Shown: positions 8,467 to 17,926 of the stretch, piece after piece
Layout: the number at the start of each line of letters is the position of its first letter
How positions within the stretch are numbered: position 1 is the first letter of the stretch
DNA from: Kofleriaceae bacterium
Lineage (GTDB): Bacteria > Myxococcota_A > Polyangia > Haliangiales > Haliangiaceae
Reading direction: 5' to 3'
Length of the DNA stretch: 17,926 nucleotides
Assembly: GCA_965215005.1 (NCBI GenBank)
Contig: CBDCCZ010000036.1
Coordinates: 1 to 17,926, forward strand
Translations under genes and position numbers: made by a program
The notes under the pieces: generated by a model
The model's input: the letters and a program-made list of their open reading frames with translations, nothing else
Told to the model about the DNA's origin: nothing
Databases searched by the model: none

Positions 8467-8766
8467 GTGAGACGAATCGCTCGAGCTGCGATGCTTCTGA
8501 GTCTACTGCTGGCGTCCTGCGGGGGAAGTGAGGCGCCCAAGCCCTCTGCTCCGGCCGCGGCGCCGCCGCCGGCAAAGTCCGAGAGCACCCCTGAGGGCAA
8601 GAGCTGGGGTGGCTGGCGCTGGAAAGGGGATCGCGACCAGTGTTTTTACACGCTCGGCAAGCGCTGCTTCGCGGACCTCAAAAGCGCATGCGCCGCCGCC
8701 AAGTGCGGCACCGCCGCGTGCATTCATGACGATGGCGCGCCAGCGAGCGTCACGTGCAAGAAGTGA
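8467..8766 (+). CDS. Small Cys-rich lipoprotein of unknown function
   Basis: MRRIARAAMLLSLLLASC has basic and hydrophobic regions and lipobox LASC. Pro/Ala linker, then a Trp-rich WGGWRW motif and 6 Cys. Confidence 0.8.
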   Translation: MRRIARAAMLLSLLLASCGGSEAPKPSAPAAAPPPAKSESTPEGKSWGGWRWKGDRDQCFYTLGKRCFADLKSACAAAKCGTAACIHDDGAPASVTCKK

Positions 8767-8841
8767 CCTAGCCAAGGTTGCCGCGGGTCTCACTCGCAAA
8801 TAGCGAGCCCCCCCGCCGGCAGATCGCGCTACTTTTAAGCG

Positions 8842-9411
8842 ATGTCCACCGTGTCGATGCCGGGGCCCTACCGCCTCACCTGCCGCGACTGGCTGGAGTT
8901 TCCCGAAACCGGCTATTTCTACGAAATCATCGACGGAGAGCTCTTCGTGACTCCGGCTCCGAGCATCGAACACCAACGACTTTCGCGCGACCTGCAATTC
9001 CGTCTGCTAGAGCATCTTCGACACGCCGGCGCCGGCGAGATCCTCAACGCCCCGGTCGGCGTCAAGCTACGGGACGACGTCGTGCTCGAACCCGACCTAT
9101 TGATCATCAAGCGCGACAGCGCTGCGCGCATCAGCGAGCAGCTCATCGACGGCGCGCCCGACGTGGTGATCGAGATCCTTTCACCGGGGTCGGCGCGACG
9201 GGATCTGGGCATCAAGCGCAGCGCCTATGAGGCCGCCGGGGTGACGGAGTATTGGATCGTCGACCCGGAGAGTGAATCGATCGAGGTGCTCGTGCTCGAT
9301 CGCGGCAGCTACGCTCGCCACGGCCTCTTCCGCCGCGGCGATGCTTTGACCTCGCCTGGGTTGCCGTCGTTCTCGCTAGCGCTCAGCGAGCTGTTCGTCT
9401 ATCGCCGCTAA
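8842..9411 (+). CDS. Uma2/DUF820 family PD-(D/E)XK putative endonuclease
   Basis: YEIIDGEL, PAPSIEHQ, EPDL, APDVVIEILSPG, D...K...Y...GVTEYWIVDP; 189 aa. Confidence 0.93.
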   Translation: MSTVSMPGPYRLTCRDWLEFPETGYFYEIIDGELFVTPAPSIEHQRLSRDLQFRLLEHLRHAGAGEILNAPVGVKLRDDVVLEPDLLIIKRDSAARISEQLIDGAPDVVIEILSPGSARRDLGIKRSAYEAAGVTEYWIVDPESESIEVLVLDRGSYARHGLFRRGDALTSPGLPSFSLALSELFVYRR

Positions 9412-9469
9412 AAGACGGCGTCAACAAGCGACTCACGCTCACCGTGGACCGTTAGCCGCAACGGACGAC

Positions 9470-10528
9470 TCAGTTCTTCGCCGAGCGCGCGGCAACGACC
9501 TTGGGGATACGCACCCGCGGACCGAGCTCGAACGTTAGCTTCTTGATGTTGCGATAGAACTCGCCGTCGATCACGGGCTCGAGCAACTCCTCGCCCACGG
9601 CTTCCATGCTGAGCGAGCGGCACGGCCTGTCGAGGATGTTCTTGCCGCGGAGCTCTTTGCCGGTTGCCAGACGCGGCAGGTTGAAGAACAGCGCCATGGG
9701 AGACGGCGCTCCTACCAAGGCGTGCATCAGCCCAGGCTCCTCGGCCTTGCCAAACAACCGCAGAACGTTGCCCAGATTGATCGACATCGACGCAACATGA
9801 ATTCCCGTGAACTCGGTGCCGGGCAGAATCATGCCGTCGACGCTGACCGTGGCGTGCGCGGGACGAAACATATGTTGGGCGTAGCGCGCCATCGGCTCGA
9901 CCCCGCGAAGTCCGCGCAGCGGCGTGAGCGCCGCCGGCATCGAGGCAATGGTGTTTGCCAAGACTTTGAGGATCGTGCGCGGGTTCGGGTCCGTGTGCGC
10001 GTAGTACTTGGAGAAGAACCGTTGGCCTACGCCGCCTGCGGCCGATGCGAAACCGTACGTGCGAAACGAGCGCTCGCTGCCATCGCTGGTGATCTCGACG
10101 GCGTCGATGCGCATCGAGTCGACTTCGACCTCTTCGATCCGCGCGCCGTGCTCGATCGCGGTGCGCAGCGCCGCCAGGAGGTGTTCGGCGCTGCCGCGGA
10201 TCCCAACGTTGTGGGCGACGAAGTCGATAGTGCCGCCATTGGTCGGCATGGTCAGCGGCAGCGCCATGGTGCGGCCGGCGAACTCTTCTTCTTCGAGAAC
10301 TTCCATGCCGGTGCGCAGCATCCAGTGCAACGCGCCATCACCGCCGTCGGCGACCCAATACCGCGCCTTCTTGCGCAGGAACTCGCGCAGCACTGGCTTG
10401 ATGGAGTCGACCGTGGAGGTCTCGTGCACCTCCCCGAGCTCGCCGACGATAGACTGCAATTGAGCCGCGCGATCGGGCTTACCCTTGTTCTTGCGGCTGT
10501 TGGGGTTGGTGATGACGCCAATCTGCAT
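9470..10528 (-). CDS. Diacylglycerol/sphingosine kinase (DAGK_cat) family lipid kinase
   Basis: ATG at 10528 with GGAGA upstream. IGVITNPNS, GGDG, GGTIDFVA..VG and C-terminal IDGE motifs. Confidence 0.85.
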   Translation of the reverse strand: MQIGVITNPNSRKNKGKPDRAAQLQSIVGELGEVHETSTVDSIKPVLREFLRKKARYWVADGGDGALHWMLRTGMEVLEEEEFAGRTMALPLTMPTNGGTIDFVAHNVGIRGSAEHLLAALRTAIEHGARIEEVEVDSMRIDAVEITSDGSERSFRTYGFASAAGGVGQRFFSKYYAHTDPNPRTILKVLANTIASMPAALTPLRGLRGVEPMARYAQHMFRPAHATVSVDGMILPGTEFTGIHVASMSINLGNVLRLFGKAEEPGLMHALVGAPSPMALFFNLPRLATGKELRGKNILDRPCRSLSMEAVGEELLEPVIDGEFYRNIKKLTFELGPRVRIPKVVAARSAKN

Positions 10529-10562
10529 GGGAGGTTCTCCGCTCGCGACGCACCGGGTCGTA

Positions 10563-10578
10563 TGCATGATGGGGACCA
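10563..10578 (-). promoter_or_regulatory. Possible sigma-54 (-24/-12) promoter of the DAGK-family gene
   Basis: Minus strand TGGTCCCCATCATGCA has GG-N10-GC spacing, 34 nt before the start, within a 215-bp intergenic region. Match to TGGCACG-N4-TTGC is imperfect. Confidence 0.4.
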
Positions 10579-10710
10579 TGCTGATGCGAAGGACAACCAC
10601 CTAAAACTACAGCAGATTCGTCTCTTGGCTGGTGGCCAAGTGCGTAACCCGCTACGCGATATGACGGGCTCGTCGCGTAAGCGTTTACCACCGTGGCATT
10701 TTGCGCACAG

Positions 10711-10738
10711 CGCGGTGAAGCGAACTGCTTCCACCGCG
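10711..10738 (-). terminator. GC-rich hairpin just after the crotonase stop codon (possible terminator or stability element)
   Basis: CGCGGTGAAGC-gaact-GCTT(C)CACCGCG: 11-bp stem with one bulge, no U tract. Confidence 0.35.
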
Positions 10739-10743
10739 GTCCG

Positions 10744-11529
10744 CTAGCGCCCGCGGAACACCGGCTCGCGCTTCTCGAGCAGCGCCGCCACGCCTTCTTC
10801 CATATCCTCGGTGACCACCGTTGCCGCTTGCGCAAACGCTTCGTCGAGCGCCGCCTCACGGACGTGCCAAGCAAGACCTCGGTACAGCGACCGCTTGGTC
10901 ATTCGCACTGCCGCGGGGGCGCTCGCAGCAATGGCGGCGGCCAAACCATTGGCTTCCGCCATGACCTCGGCCGCAGAAGTAGCGGCAGTCGCGAGCCCCA
11001 TCGCCTCGGCTTCCTGGCCAGAAAACAGGCGACCGGTGAACAGCAGCTCGGCCGCACGCGACACTCCTACCAGGCGCGGCAGGAGATAGGTGATGGCCAT
11101 GCCGGGGTGCAGGCCGAGCCGCGTGAAGTTGGCGCCGTACTTCGAGTCGCGATGCGCGATCCGCAGATCGCACACCAGCGCCAAGCCGAATCCGCCGCCG
11201 ACCGCGTGGCCGTTGAGCGCAGCGATCACCGGCACCTCGATGTCGAGCACCGACAAGAATGGCTGATACATGGCGAACGAGCGCTCGTGCGGCATTTGCT
11301 CGCTGCCAGCGCGCTGAATCTGCGACTTGAAGTCCGCGCCCGCCGAGAAGCAACGCCCCGTCCCGGTGATGATCACGCAGCGGAGGCCCGGTTCTGCTTT
11401 GACCCGCGCCACCGCCGCCGCGAAGCCGTCGAGAAGCTCGGGCGTCATGCTGTTGCGGTTATCGGGGCGATTCAGGGTGATCGTTGCGATGGCATCGCTG
11501 TGCTCTAGCAGCACCGCATCAGTCGACAT
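10744..11529 (-). CDS. Enoyl-CoA hydratase/isomerase (crotonase) family protein
   Basis: ITLNRPDNRNSM, TGTGRCFSAGAD, PVIAALNGHAVGGG..LALVCDLRIA, ELLFTGR, EGVAALLEKREPVFRGR. Confidence 0.95.
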   Translation of the reverse strand: MSTDAVLLEHSDAIATITLNRPDNRNSMTPELLDGFAAAVARVKAEPGLRCVIITGTGRCFSAGADFKSQIQRAGSEQMPHERSFAMYQPFLSVLDIEVPVIAALNGHAVGGGFGLALVCDLRIAHRDSKYGANFTRLGLHPGMAITYLLPRLVGVSRAAELLFTGRLFSGQEAEAMGLATAATSAAEVMAEANGLAAAIAASAPAAVRMTKRSLYRGLAWHVREAALDEAFAQAATVVTEDMEEGVAALLEKREPVFRGR

Positions 11530-11607
11530 CTCGTTCTGCTCCCGAGTTTGCTCGCGCCTTCACGGAGGCGGCGCGGCGCCGCCGGCGCGATGAGCCTGCC
11601 GCGCACC

Positions 11608-14600
11608 TCATTCCTGGATCTGGTCGAGGAAATCCTGCGCCTCCGCGAACTCCGGGTCCTCCCGAAGTGCCTTCTTGGCCCATAGCTCCGCCTTTGCGCG
11701 GTTGCCGCGAGCGTGCTCGATCTTGGCTTCCCAAAGGAGCGCCATCACGCGACTGATCGGTCCCGGATTGTCCATCAAGGTGATCGCACGCAATGGCTTG
11801 AGTGCCAGCTCGTAGTCGCCGTTTTGGGTGGCGAGCTGCGCGAGCTCCGCGGCGATCTCGCCGTTCTTTCGGTCCACGTCGAACGCCTTCTTGAGCCACG
11901 CGAGCTGCGTGTCGAGGTCGCCGGATGAGGCGGCAATGCGCGCCATGCGCTGCTGTAGCGCTGCCAGCTTTGGCGAGCGCCGCTTGTGGCGCGCGATGGC
12001 CGGCTCGAGCACGGTGACCGCTTGCGTGGTGTGGCCGCCCGCGATGAGAACATCGACGAATAGCACCGTGGTCTCGTGGTCATTGGGCTCGACCTCACGC
12101 GCTTTCTGCGCGGGATCGAGCGCGGCGTCGGCATCGCCAAGCGAGTACAGCAGCAGCTCGGCAGCCTTGCGATACGCCTTGAACGCCGCGCCCTCGTCGG
12201 TCGCGTGAGCAGCATCGGCGAGCAGCACCTCGGCGAGCTTGCGATGCGCGCCGGCCAGCTCATAGGCTTGGCGTAGTCGATGTCGAACCTCGTCGTTTTG
12301 CGGCTGCGCTTGGTGAACCATTTCCAAGCCCGCCAGTGCATCGGCGGGACGCTCGACTTTCTCCGCCGCGTCCGCCATGCGCAGCGCATCTGCAACTTGC
12401 GCTTCGCCGGTCTCCACCATGATGAGGTGGGCACACGCCGCCAGCACACCGTCCCAAAACTGCGCCTCGGTGTCCATATCGCGGAGCAGCATCAGCGCTT
12501 CCGCATCTTGTGGTGAGCGCTCGACCCAGCTGACCAGCAAGTCGCGGCCCTCATCAGCACGACCGTCGGTCCACATCATGCGAACCAGCGCCAAGGTCGC
12601 ATGGCGCTCCCCTTCGAGATCGCCGCGACGCTGAGCGTCATCTCGGCGCTGCTCGAGCGCTCGAAGAAACAGCGGCGCCACTCGCTCGGGATCGACCGCG
12701 TGCGCTTCTTCGAGATCGGCGAGGACGTCGCGATCGGCGCCAAGCTGCGCCGACAGGTCCGAACGCAGCAGCAGCAGGTCGACGCGGCTTTGACCCTTGA
12801 TCCCAGCATCGAGCCCAACGCCCACCTCCTCGACAGCGGCGCTTACCTCACCCGCGGCAGTCAAACACGCCGCCAGCTCCGAGACCAGGTGGGCATCGGT
12901 GGGTGCGCGATCGCGAGCAGAGCGCAGAAACTGCGCCGCTTGCATCGGATCAGCGAGGTACTCGCGGTGCAGCAAGGCCGCTTCGCGAAGCCGCGCGATT
13001 GCTTGTGCTGACTCGCCAACGCGCTCCGCTTCGGCAGCGAGCATCGCGGCCAGTGGCCGCCAGCGTTCACGCTCGCGATAGAAATCCTCCAGGCGCTGCC
13101 GCAGCGATTCATCCTGGACCGCGCGCTGATGCGCCAGCTCGAGCACCCGCTGCACGCTCGCGTCGTCCCCGGATTGCTCATAAAGCGCCGCCAGCTCGAG
13201 CGCCAACGCCGGCGTCGCCTCCTCGCCCTCGACCTCGAGCAATCGCTCCATCAGCGGCGCGCGCTCTGCCGCATCGGACGGCAGTCGCGTGAGGAGCGCA
13301 TCGATCAACGGGCGGCTAGCGGGCGCGTGCTCGAGGCTCTGACGCAACACCTCGGTAGCGTCGCCAGAGCCGGCGTGGTCGAGGAGCTCCGCCAGTCGCA
13401 ACGCGACATCGACGATTGTCTCCGGGTTGCCACGCTCTTTGGCTTCTTCGAACCGCTGCCACTGAAAATCCGCGAGCCCCTCGTAATCGCCGAGGCGACG
13501 CATCAGCTCTTCGAGCAGCCCCGCCGCCTCGAGATGATCCGGGTCATCGAGCAGCACATCGCGAAGCACTTCGCGCGCCTCTTCGAATCGCTCGAGCTCG
13601 CTGGTCAAATACTGCGCATGCTGCATCCGCAGCGCATTGCGCTCGCCGGGGTCGACCAGGTTTGGCAACGTCGCGCTGATGGTTGCCTGCAGCCGCTCGC
13701 TCTCACCCATGACGCGATACAGCTCGATCAGCGGCTCCCAAATCATCCGCGCTGCCGGCTGGCGCTCGCGTAGCAGCTCGTAAACCTCGGCAGCCAACGT
13801 GCGAGCGTCTTCCCGCCGGCTCGCATCGCGCGCGATGCGCATGCCGAGCTCGTCGACGGCTTGCGGCTCAGCGTGGTCGGCGATCTCCAGCAGCAGCTCT
13901 TTGGCCCCGGCGAAATCGCCCAGCCGCAACCGGGTCTCCGCGAGCGGCGCTGCCGCCCAAATGGCGCTGCCGAGACCTTCACCAGCGCGTGCCGCATCGA
14001 CAGCGCGCTCGAGCAGACTCTCGGCACGCTCGCTTTCTCCCAGCTCTATCGCCAAATCAACCGCTTCTTTGACTTGCGCCGGCGTGGCACTGGCCGCCTC
14101 GGCGCGTCGGGCCAAGAAGTCCAGCAGCAGGGCGTTATCGCCGGCGCTGCGCGCAACGCGTTCATACAGTTTCAGCGTGCGAGCATCGCTGTGGGTTGCA
14201 GCGGCGGCTCGCAATGCGGCCCCCGCTTGCGCATACCGCGGCTCCGCAGCGAGCGCCTGCTCGAGCAGCTCGAGCCCCTGCTCACGCCGTTCGGTGATCA
14301 CGAAAATTTCCGCAAGCCGATACAGCGCATCGAGCTGCGCTGGGCTGGTTTCGCCGGAATCGCCGTGAGCGGCAAGCGCGAGCATGGCATCGAGCGCCCG
14401 AGCTTGCTCGTCGGTATCACCGGTAGCGCCGGCGACGCGAGCCAACGCAAACAGCGCCTCTGCCGTGCGCTCGCCCAGCTCTTCCACGCGTTCGTACAGC
14501 TGCCGCGCGCGCGCCAGATCACCCGCCTCGGTTTCGAGCGCCGCGCCCGCCTCTAATAAAAGGCTCGCTACGATCGGCGGGTCCTCCTTGCGGCGCAGGC

Positions 14601-17600
14601 GCTCGGCGGTGGCACACAGCGAATCGACATAGCGATCGATATTGCCGGTGCGGCGCGCCAGAGCCCGCGCCGACTCGTGTAGCTCGATGCGCGTGGGCAT
14701 CGCCGTGATTGCCGCCAATGCGGCCTCTAGAGCCTCTTGGGGGCGCTCGAGGTGGACATCGAGAATCTCGGCCTTGTCTGCCAGGAGCTGCGCCTGACTA
14801 CTCGGTGCGGTGGTCTGCGCCGCGCGCAAGTCGAGCACTCGCAAGAGCGTCGCGGGCTGCTCGTGAGCTAGCAGCGAGCGGCGGATCCGTTGCACCTCGG
14901 TGTCACTTTGAATGGCGGCATCGATGGCCGACTCGAGCAGCTCACCGGCCTGCTCTTCGTGACCTTGCGCAGCAGCGAGCTGATGTAGCTCATAAAGCAC
15001 CTCGCTCACGCCCACCGCAGCGACGTCATCGCCGGGTGGCTGCCGGCGGACGACCAGCAGCAGTGCGCGATAGGTGCGCTCGGCCTTGTCGAGATTGCCC
15101 GCGTGGCGCGCCATGTCGGCCAGCTCTTTTTGAATGCTGGCGTTGCTGGCGTCCATCTTCGAGGCGTGCTCCATCTCGGCGAGCGCCTCATCGTCGCGGT
15201 TGTCCGCTTGCGCAACCCGCGCGAGCTCGACGTGCAGCGCCGCGCGTTCGGCAGAGCGGCGACGGCCGTAATCGGCGATCAGCGCCTCGAGCAGCGTGCG
15301 GGCCTCCGCGAGCCGGCCCGCGGCGCGCAAGCCAACCGCCAGCTGCGCGCGCATCTCTTTGTCGTCGGCGGCGATCGACAAAGCGCGCTCCAGCGCCGGC
15401 ACCGCTTTCTCTGGGCGACGCAAGCGACGCATGTAGAGATCCGCAGCCTCACGAGCATGCGCGACTGCCGCCTCGCCGGTGAGATGCTCGAGCGAACGCG
15501 TGAGCAGCGCGGCAAGTGGCGCAAACCGCTGATGCTCGCGATACAAGTCGGCAAGCAGCGTGCGCAGCGCCGGCGCGTCGTGGCCATCGGCAAGATGTTC
15601 TTCTAGCGATGCGATCGCGCGCTCGGGCTGACTTGCCCCGAGATGCGCGTGAGCGAGCTGCAGCCGCACCGCGTCGCGCTCGCCCACCGGCACGCTCGCA
15701 AGCAGGTTCTCGAGCCACGGCACCGCCGCGGCGGGCTGCTTGCGCTCGAGATTGAGTCGCGCCAGCGCGCGAAATGCCTCCGAATGCGGCGCGAGCACCA
15801 CCACGCGCCGAAAATCAGCGATGGCTCGCTCGAGCTGGCTGAGCCGCGTCTCCGCAAATCCGGCCGCACGCGCAAACAACGCGGCGGCACGCTCGACGTG
15901 GCTCTGTTCTTCCAGCCGGCGTGCTTGCTGCTCGAGCATTTCGACCAGCTCCTCATGCCTGCCGCTGGCATCGAAGATATCGGCGAGAGCATCCACCGAA
16001 GCCGGATGCCCCGCGAGCTCCTCGAGATTGCGTCTCAGCGCCTCGACGCGGCCGCCACTGACCTCCACCTCGCCCACCAAACGGGCGATATCGAGACGCA
16101 GAGCGAGCTTGCTCTCAGCATCGTCTTCGAGCTCGAGCTCCTGTTTGCGCAACGTGAGCAGCTCGGCGACGCGGCCGGTCGAGGCGAGGATCGCCCCGAG
16201 TTTTTGCATTGCGTCTTTCTCGGTGGGTGCCGTCGCCAAGATGCCGCGATACATCTCGATCGCCACCGCTGGCTGCGCAAGCCAGTTGCTCGCGATGTCG
16301 GCAGCGCGATACCGCAACCCGCGCACGTAATCGACGCCCAGCGGCAAACGCGCGCCATCGAGAAGTAAGTCGACTGCGGTGGACGCTTCGCCGGCGCCGA
16401 GATGGTGCTCCACCAGCGTCTCCAGCGCCCACTTCACGTACTCTTGCGCCGGCTCTTGGCCTCGGGCCTCGCTGTTGCCGCGCCACGCCGCCGTCGCTCG
16501 ACCTAGCAACGTCGTCGCGGTGGTGCGCAGCGGCTCCGTCTTGCCCAGCTCGCGAGCCAGCGCCGCGGCTTCGCGTACGACCTCGAGATCGTTGCGATCG
16601 ACCTCCACCAGTCGCTCTAGCGTCTCGAGCAGCGCCGGCCCTGGCTGCGCGCGCTCGAGCGCGGCGAGGTCCCTGAGTGCCTCGACGCGATCGCCTTCAA
16701 ACGACAGCGCTTTGCGCAGCGATGCGATGGCAGCGGCGGCGTCTTCGAGTCGGTCGCGTTGCCAAAGCGCCAGCTGCGCATGCCATTCAAAGCCGAGGCG
16801 ACTCGGCAGCTCCGCGCGCAGCAGCCGTGCCGCCACCGCCTTCACCAGCGGCCCAAAGTCGTCGGCGGCTTGCTGCTCAGCGGCGGTTATCAGCTCGAGC
16901 CTGTCGAGCTCGAGCGAGTGCTCGACGAGCGCCGTGGCAACTTCTTGCCACCGGCCCAGCGGGCCGCCTAATTCCACCATCGCAGCGGCAGCGGCAGCAT
17001 TGGCCGGCTGCACCGAGAACACCGCGGCGAACGCCTCGAGCGCTGGCTCGAGCTGCTCTTGCGCGGCGAGAATCTTGCCCTGCTCAGACCGCAGCCGACA
17101 CGCTTCGTGGGGATCGTCGGGCAACGCCGCCGCAGCCTTACCAAACGCTTCGGCAGCTGAGAGCCACTCGCCGGTGTCGCTCGCGAGGCTGAGAATCTGG
17201 CTCTCGATCAAGCGGTCGCGCGGCGCCAGCGGCAGCGCGCGGGTCAGCGCCGAAAGCGCTGCTTTGGCATCACCGAGCTCGGCCTGGGCAATGGCAGCCG
17301 CTTCGCGGAAGATGCCCAGCCGCGCCTTGGGCTCGCGAGTCACGGCCAAGCGCGGCTCGAGCAGCTCGAGGAATGCGGCCCACTCTTCACTGGCGCGGTA
17401 CGAGGCGGCCAACGCCTCGGCCGCACCTGGCTTGGTCGACTCGACGGCAAGCAACGCGGTCAAGCCGGTGCGCGCCGCCTCGTGGTTTGGCTCGATTCGC
17501 AGCGCATTGCGGTAGCCAGTGAGCGCGCGATCGGGCAACCCGAGGTGCTCGCGCTGCGCATCGGCCATGCGCACCAACTGCTCCGTCACGCGATCGGTCT

Positions 17601-17925
17601 CGAGACCGCTGGCCCGCTCGAGCAGCTCGGCCAGCTCCGACCACTTGTCCTGCATCGCGAGCAGGTCGGCCAATGCATTGACGACCTCGACGTCTTCGCC
17701 GGTCTCGGTGGCGACACGCCGCCACGCGAGCACCGAGCGCTCGAGATCTTCCATCTCCTCGCGATAGATGATCGCGATGCGCATCAGGTCGGCGCGCTTC
17801 TGACTCGGCGAGTCTACCTGCGCAACGCGATGCTCGAGGGCTTCGACCAGCGTGTCCCAACGGCCATCGCGCTCGAGCAGCGCGATATAGGAATCGAGCG
17901 CCCAAAGATCACTCGGATCTTCCGT
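11608..17925 (-). CDS. Giant tetratricopeptide-repeat (alpha-solenoid) protein, 5'-truncated; AgmK-like architecture
   Basis: The frame stays open from the window edge ([13 protein letters not shown]...RADL-MRIA) to the TGA at 11608, at least 2105 aa. Recurrent TPR-like units such as 'A...YR.AL.iEP.H..A...L..L....W.eL.elLE'. Confidence 0.9.
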   Translation of the reverse strand, partial: TEDPSDLWALDSYIALLERDGRWDTLVEALEHRVAQVDSPSQKRADLMRIAIIYREEMEDLERSVLAWRRVATETGEDVEVVNALADLLAMQDKWSELAELLERASGLETDRVTEQLVRMADAQREHLGLPDRALTGYRNALRIEPNHEAARTGLTALLAVESTKPGAAEALAASYRASEEWAAFLELLEPRLAVTREPKARLGIFREAAAIAQAELGDAKAALSALTRALPLAPRDRLIESQILSLASDTGEWLSAAEAFGKAAAALPDDPHEACRLRSEQGKILAAQEQLEPALEAFAAVFSVQPANAAAAAAMVELGGPLGRWQEVATALVEHSLELDRLELITAAEQQAADDFGPLVKAVAARLLRAELPSRLGFEWHAQLALWQRDRLEDAAAAIASLRKALSFEGDRVEALRDLAALERAQPGPALLETLERLVEVDRNDLEVVREAAALARELGKTEPLRTTATTLLGRATAAWRGNSEARGQEPAQEYVKWALETLVEHHLGAGEASTAVDLLLDGARLPLGVDYVRGLRYRAADIASNWLAQPAVAIEMYRGILATAPTEKDAMQKLGAILASTGRVAELLTLRKQELELEDDAESKLALRLDIARLVGEVEVSGGRVEALRRNLEELAGHPASVDALADIFDASGRHEELVEMLEQQARRLEEQSHVERAAALFARAAGFAETRLSQLERAIADFRRVVVLAPHSEAFRALARLNLERKQPAAAVPWLENLLASVPVGERDAVRLQLAHAHLGASQPERAIASLEEHLADGHDAPALRTLLADLYREHQRFAPLAALLTRSLEHLTGEAAVAHAREAADLYMRRLRRPEKAVPALERALSIAADDKEMRAQLAVGLRAAGRLAEARTLLEALIADYGRRRSAERAALHVELARVAQADNRDDEALAEMEHASKMDASNASIQKELADMARHAGNLDKAERTYRALLLVVRRQPPGDDVAAVGVSEVLYELHQLAAAQGHEEQAGELLESAIDAAIQSDTEVQRIRRSLLAHEQPATLLRVLDLRAAQTTAPSSQAQLLADKAEILDVHLERPQEALEAALAAITAMPTRIELHESARALARRTGNIDRYVDSLCATAERLRRKEDPPIVASLLLEAGAALETEAGDLARARQLYERVEELGERTAEALFALARVAGATGDTDEQARALDAMLALAAHGDSGETSPAQLDALYRLAEIFVITERREQGLELLEQALAAEPRYAQAGAALRAAAATHSDARTLKLYERVARSAGDNALLLDFLARRAEAASATPAQVKEAVDLAIELGESERAESLLERAVDAARAGEGLGSAIWAAAPLAETRLRLGDFAGAKELLLEIADHAEPQAVDELGMRIARDASRREDARTLAAEVYELLRERQPAARMIWEPLIELYRVMGESERLQATISATLPNLVDPGERNALRMQHAQYLTSELERFEEAREVLRDVLLDDPDHLEAAGLLEELMRRLGDYEGLADFQWQRFEEAKERGNPETIVDVALRLAELLDHAGSGDATEVLRQSLEHAPASRPLIDALLTRLPSDAAERAPLMERLLEVEGEEATPALALELAALYEQSGDDASVQRVLELAHQRAVQDESLRQRLEDFYRERERWRPLAAMLAAEAERVGESAQAIARLREAALLHREYLADPMQAAQFLRSARDRAPTDAHLVSELAACLTAAGEVSAAVEEVGVGLDAGIKGQSRVDLLLLRSDLSAQLGADRDVLADLEEAHAVDPERVAPLFLRALEQRRDDAQRRGDLEGERHATLALVRMMWTDGRADEGRDLLVSWVERSPQDAEALMLLRDMDTEAQFWDGVLAACAHLIMVETGEAQVADALRMADAAEKVERPADALAGLEMVHQAQPQNDEVRHRLRQAYELAGAHRKLAEVLLADAAHATDEGAAFKAYRKAAELLLYSLGDADAALDPAQKAREVEPNDHETTVLFVDVLIAGGHTTQAVTVLEPAIARHKRRSPKLAALQQRMARIAASSGDLDTQLAWLKKAFDVDRKNGEIAAELAQLATQNGDYELALKPLRAITLMDNPGPISRVMALLWEAKIEHARGNRAKAELWAKKALREDPEFAEAQDFLDQIQE

Positions 17926-17926
17926 G

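Noticed and set aside
8439..8600. 54-aa N-terminal extension of the 7686..8600 ORF
   Set aside because: It overlaps the convincing divergent lipoprotein gene. The GTG at 8438 with a -10-like box is the more plausible start.
8842..9411. Uma2 endonuclease plus SNF2 as an anti-phage defence island
   Set aside because: They are 5.5 kb apart with housekeeping genes (ppa) between. There is no methylase, integrase or compositional shift, and Uma2 genes are commonly scattered singletons.
8793..9465. Short hairpins flanking the Uma2 gene (CTCGC-aaata-GCGAG; CCGTT-agccgc-AACGG) as mobile-element ends or terminators
   Set aside because: The 5-bp stems are unrelated to each other, and there are no U tracts or target-site duplication.
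11608..17926. Frequent CTCGAG/GCTCGAGC words resembling a repeat array
   Set aside because: They reflect Leu-Glu codon pairs (CTC GAG) in helical proteins, and there is no regular spacing or CRISPR-like repeat-spacer structure.

Overview
High-GC bacterial DNA whose gene content suggests Myxococcota (giant TPR protein, Cys-rich lipoproteins, DUF2505, stand-alone HDOD). It holds about 13 genes. On the minus strand, 1-6319 runs: lipoprotein S1 serine protease with three Cys-rich repeats, DUF2505/START-like protein, degenerate HDOD protein, SWIM-SNF2 helicase and a small hypothetical protein. These are followed by a Coq4-family gene (+), ppa (-), a divergent pair (wHTH/coiled-coil/TM2-like membrane protein and a small Cys-rich lipoprotein), a Uma2/DUF820 endonuclease (+), a DAGK-family kinase (-), a crotonase-family protein lacking the usual catalytic glutamates (-), and the 3' part (at least 2105 aa) of a giant TPR protein (-). 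The first ~1.8 kb carries about 14 frameshifts, most likely sequencing error. I saw no RNA genes, CRISPR array or mobile element. No complete new system is provable from sequence alone. The best leads are a sigma-28-like promoter inside a 15-bp inverted repeat ahead of the HDOD gene, the protease's Cys-repeat module, the tightly divergent membrane protein/lipoprotein pair, and signs of leaderless transcription.
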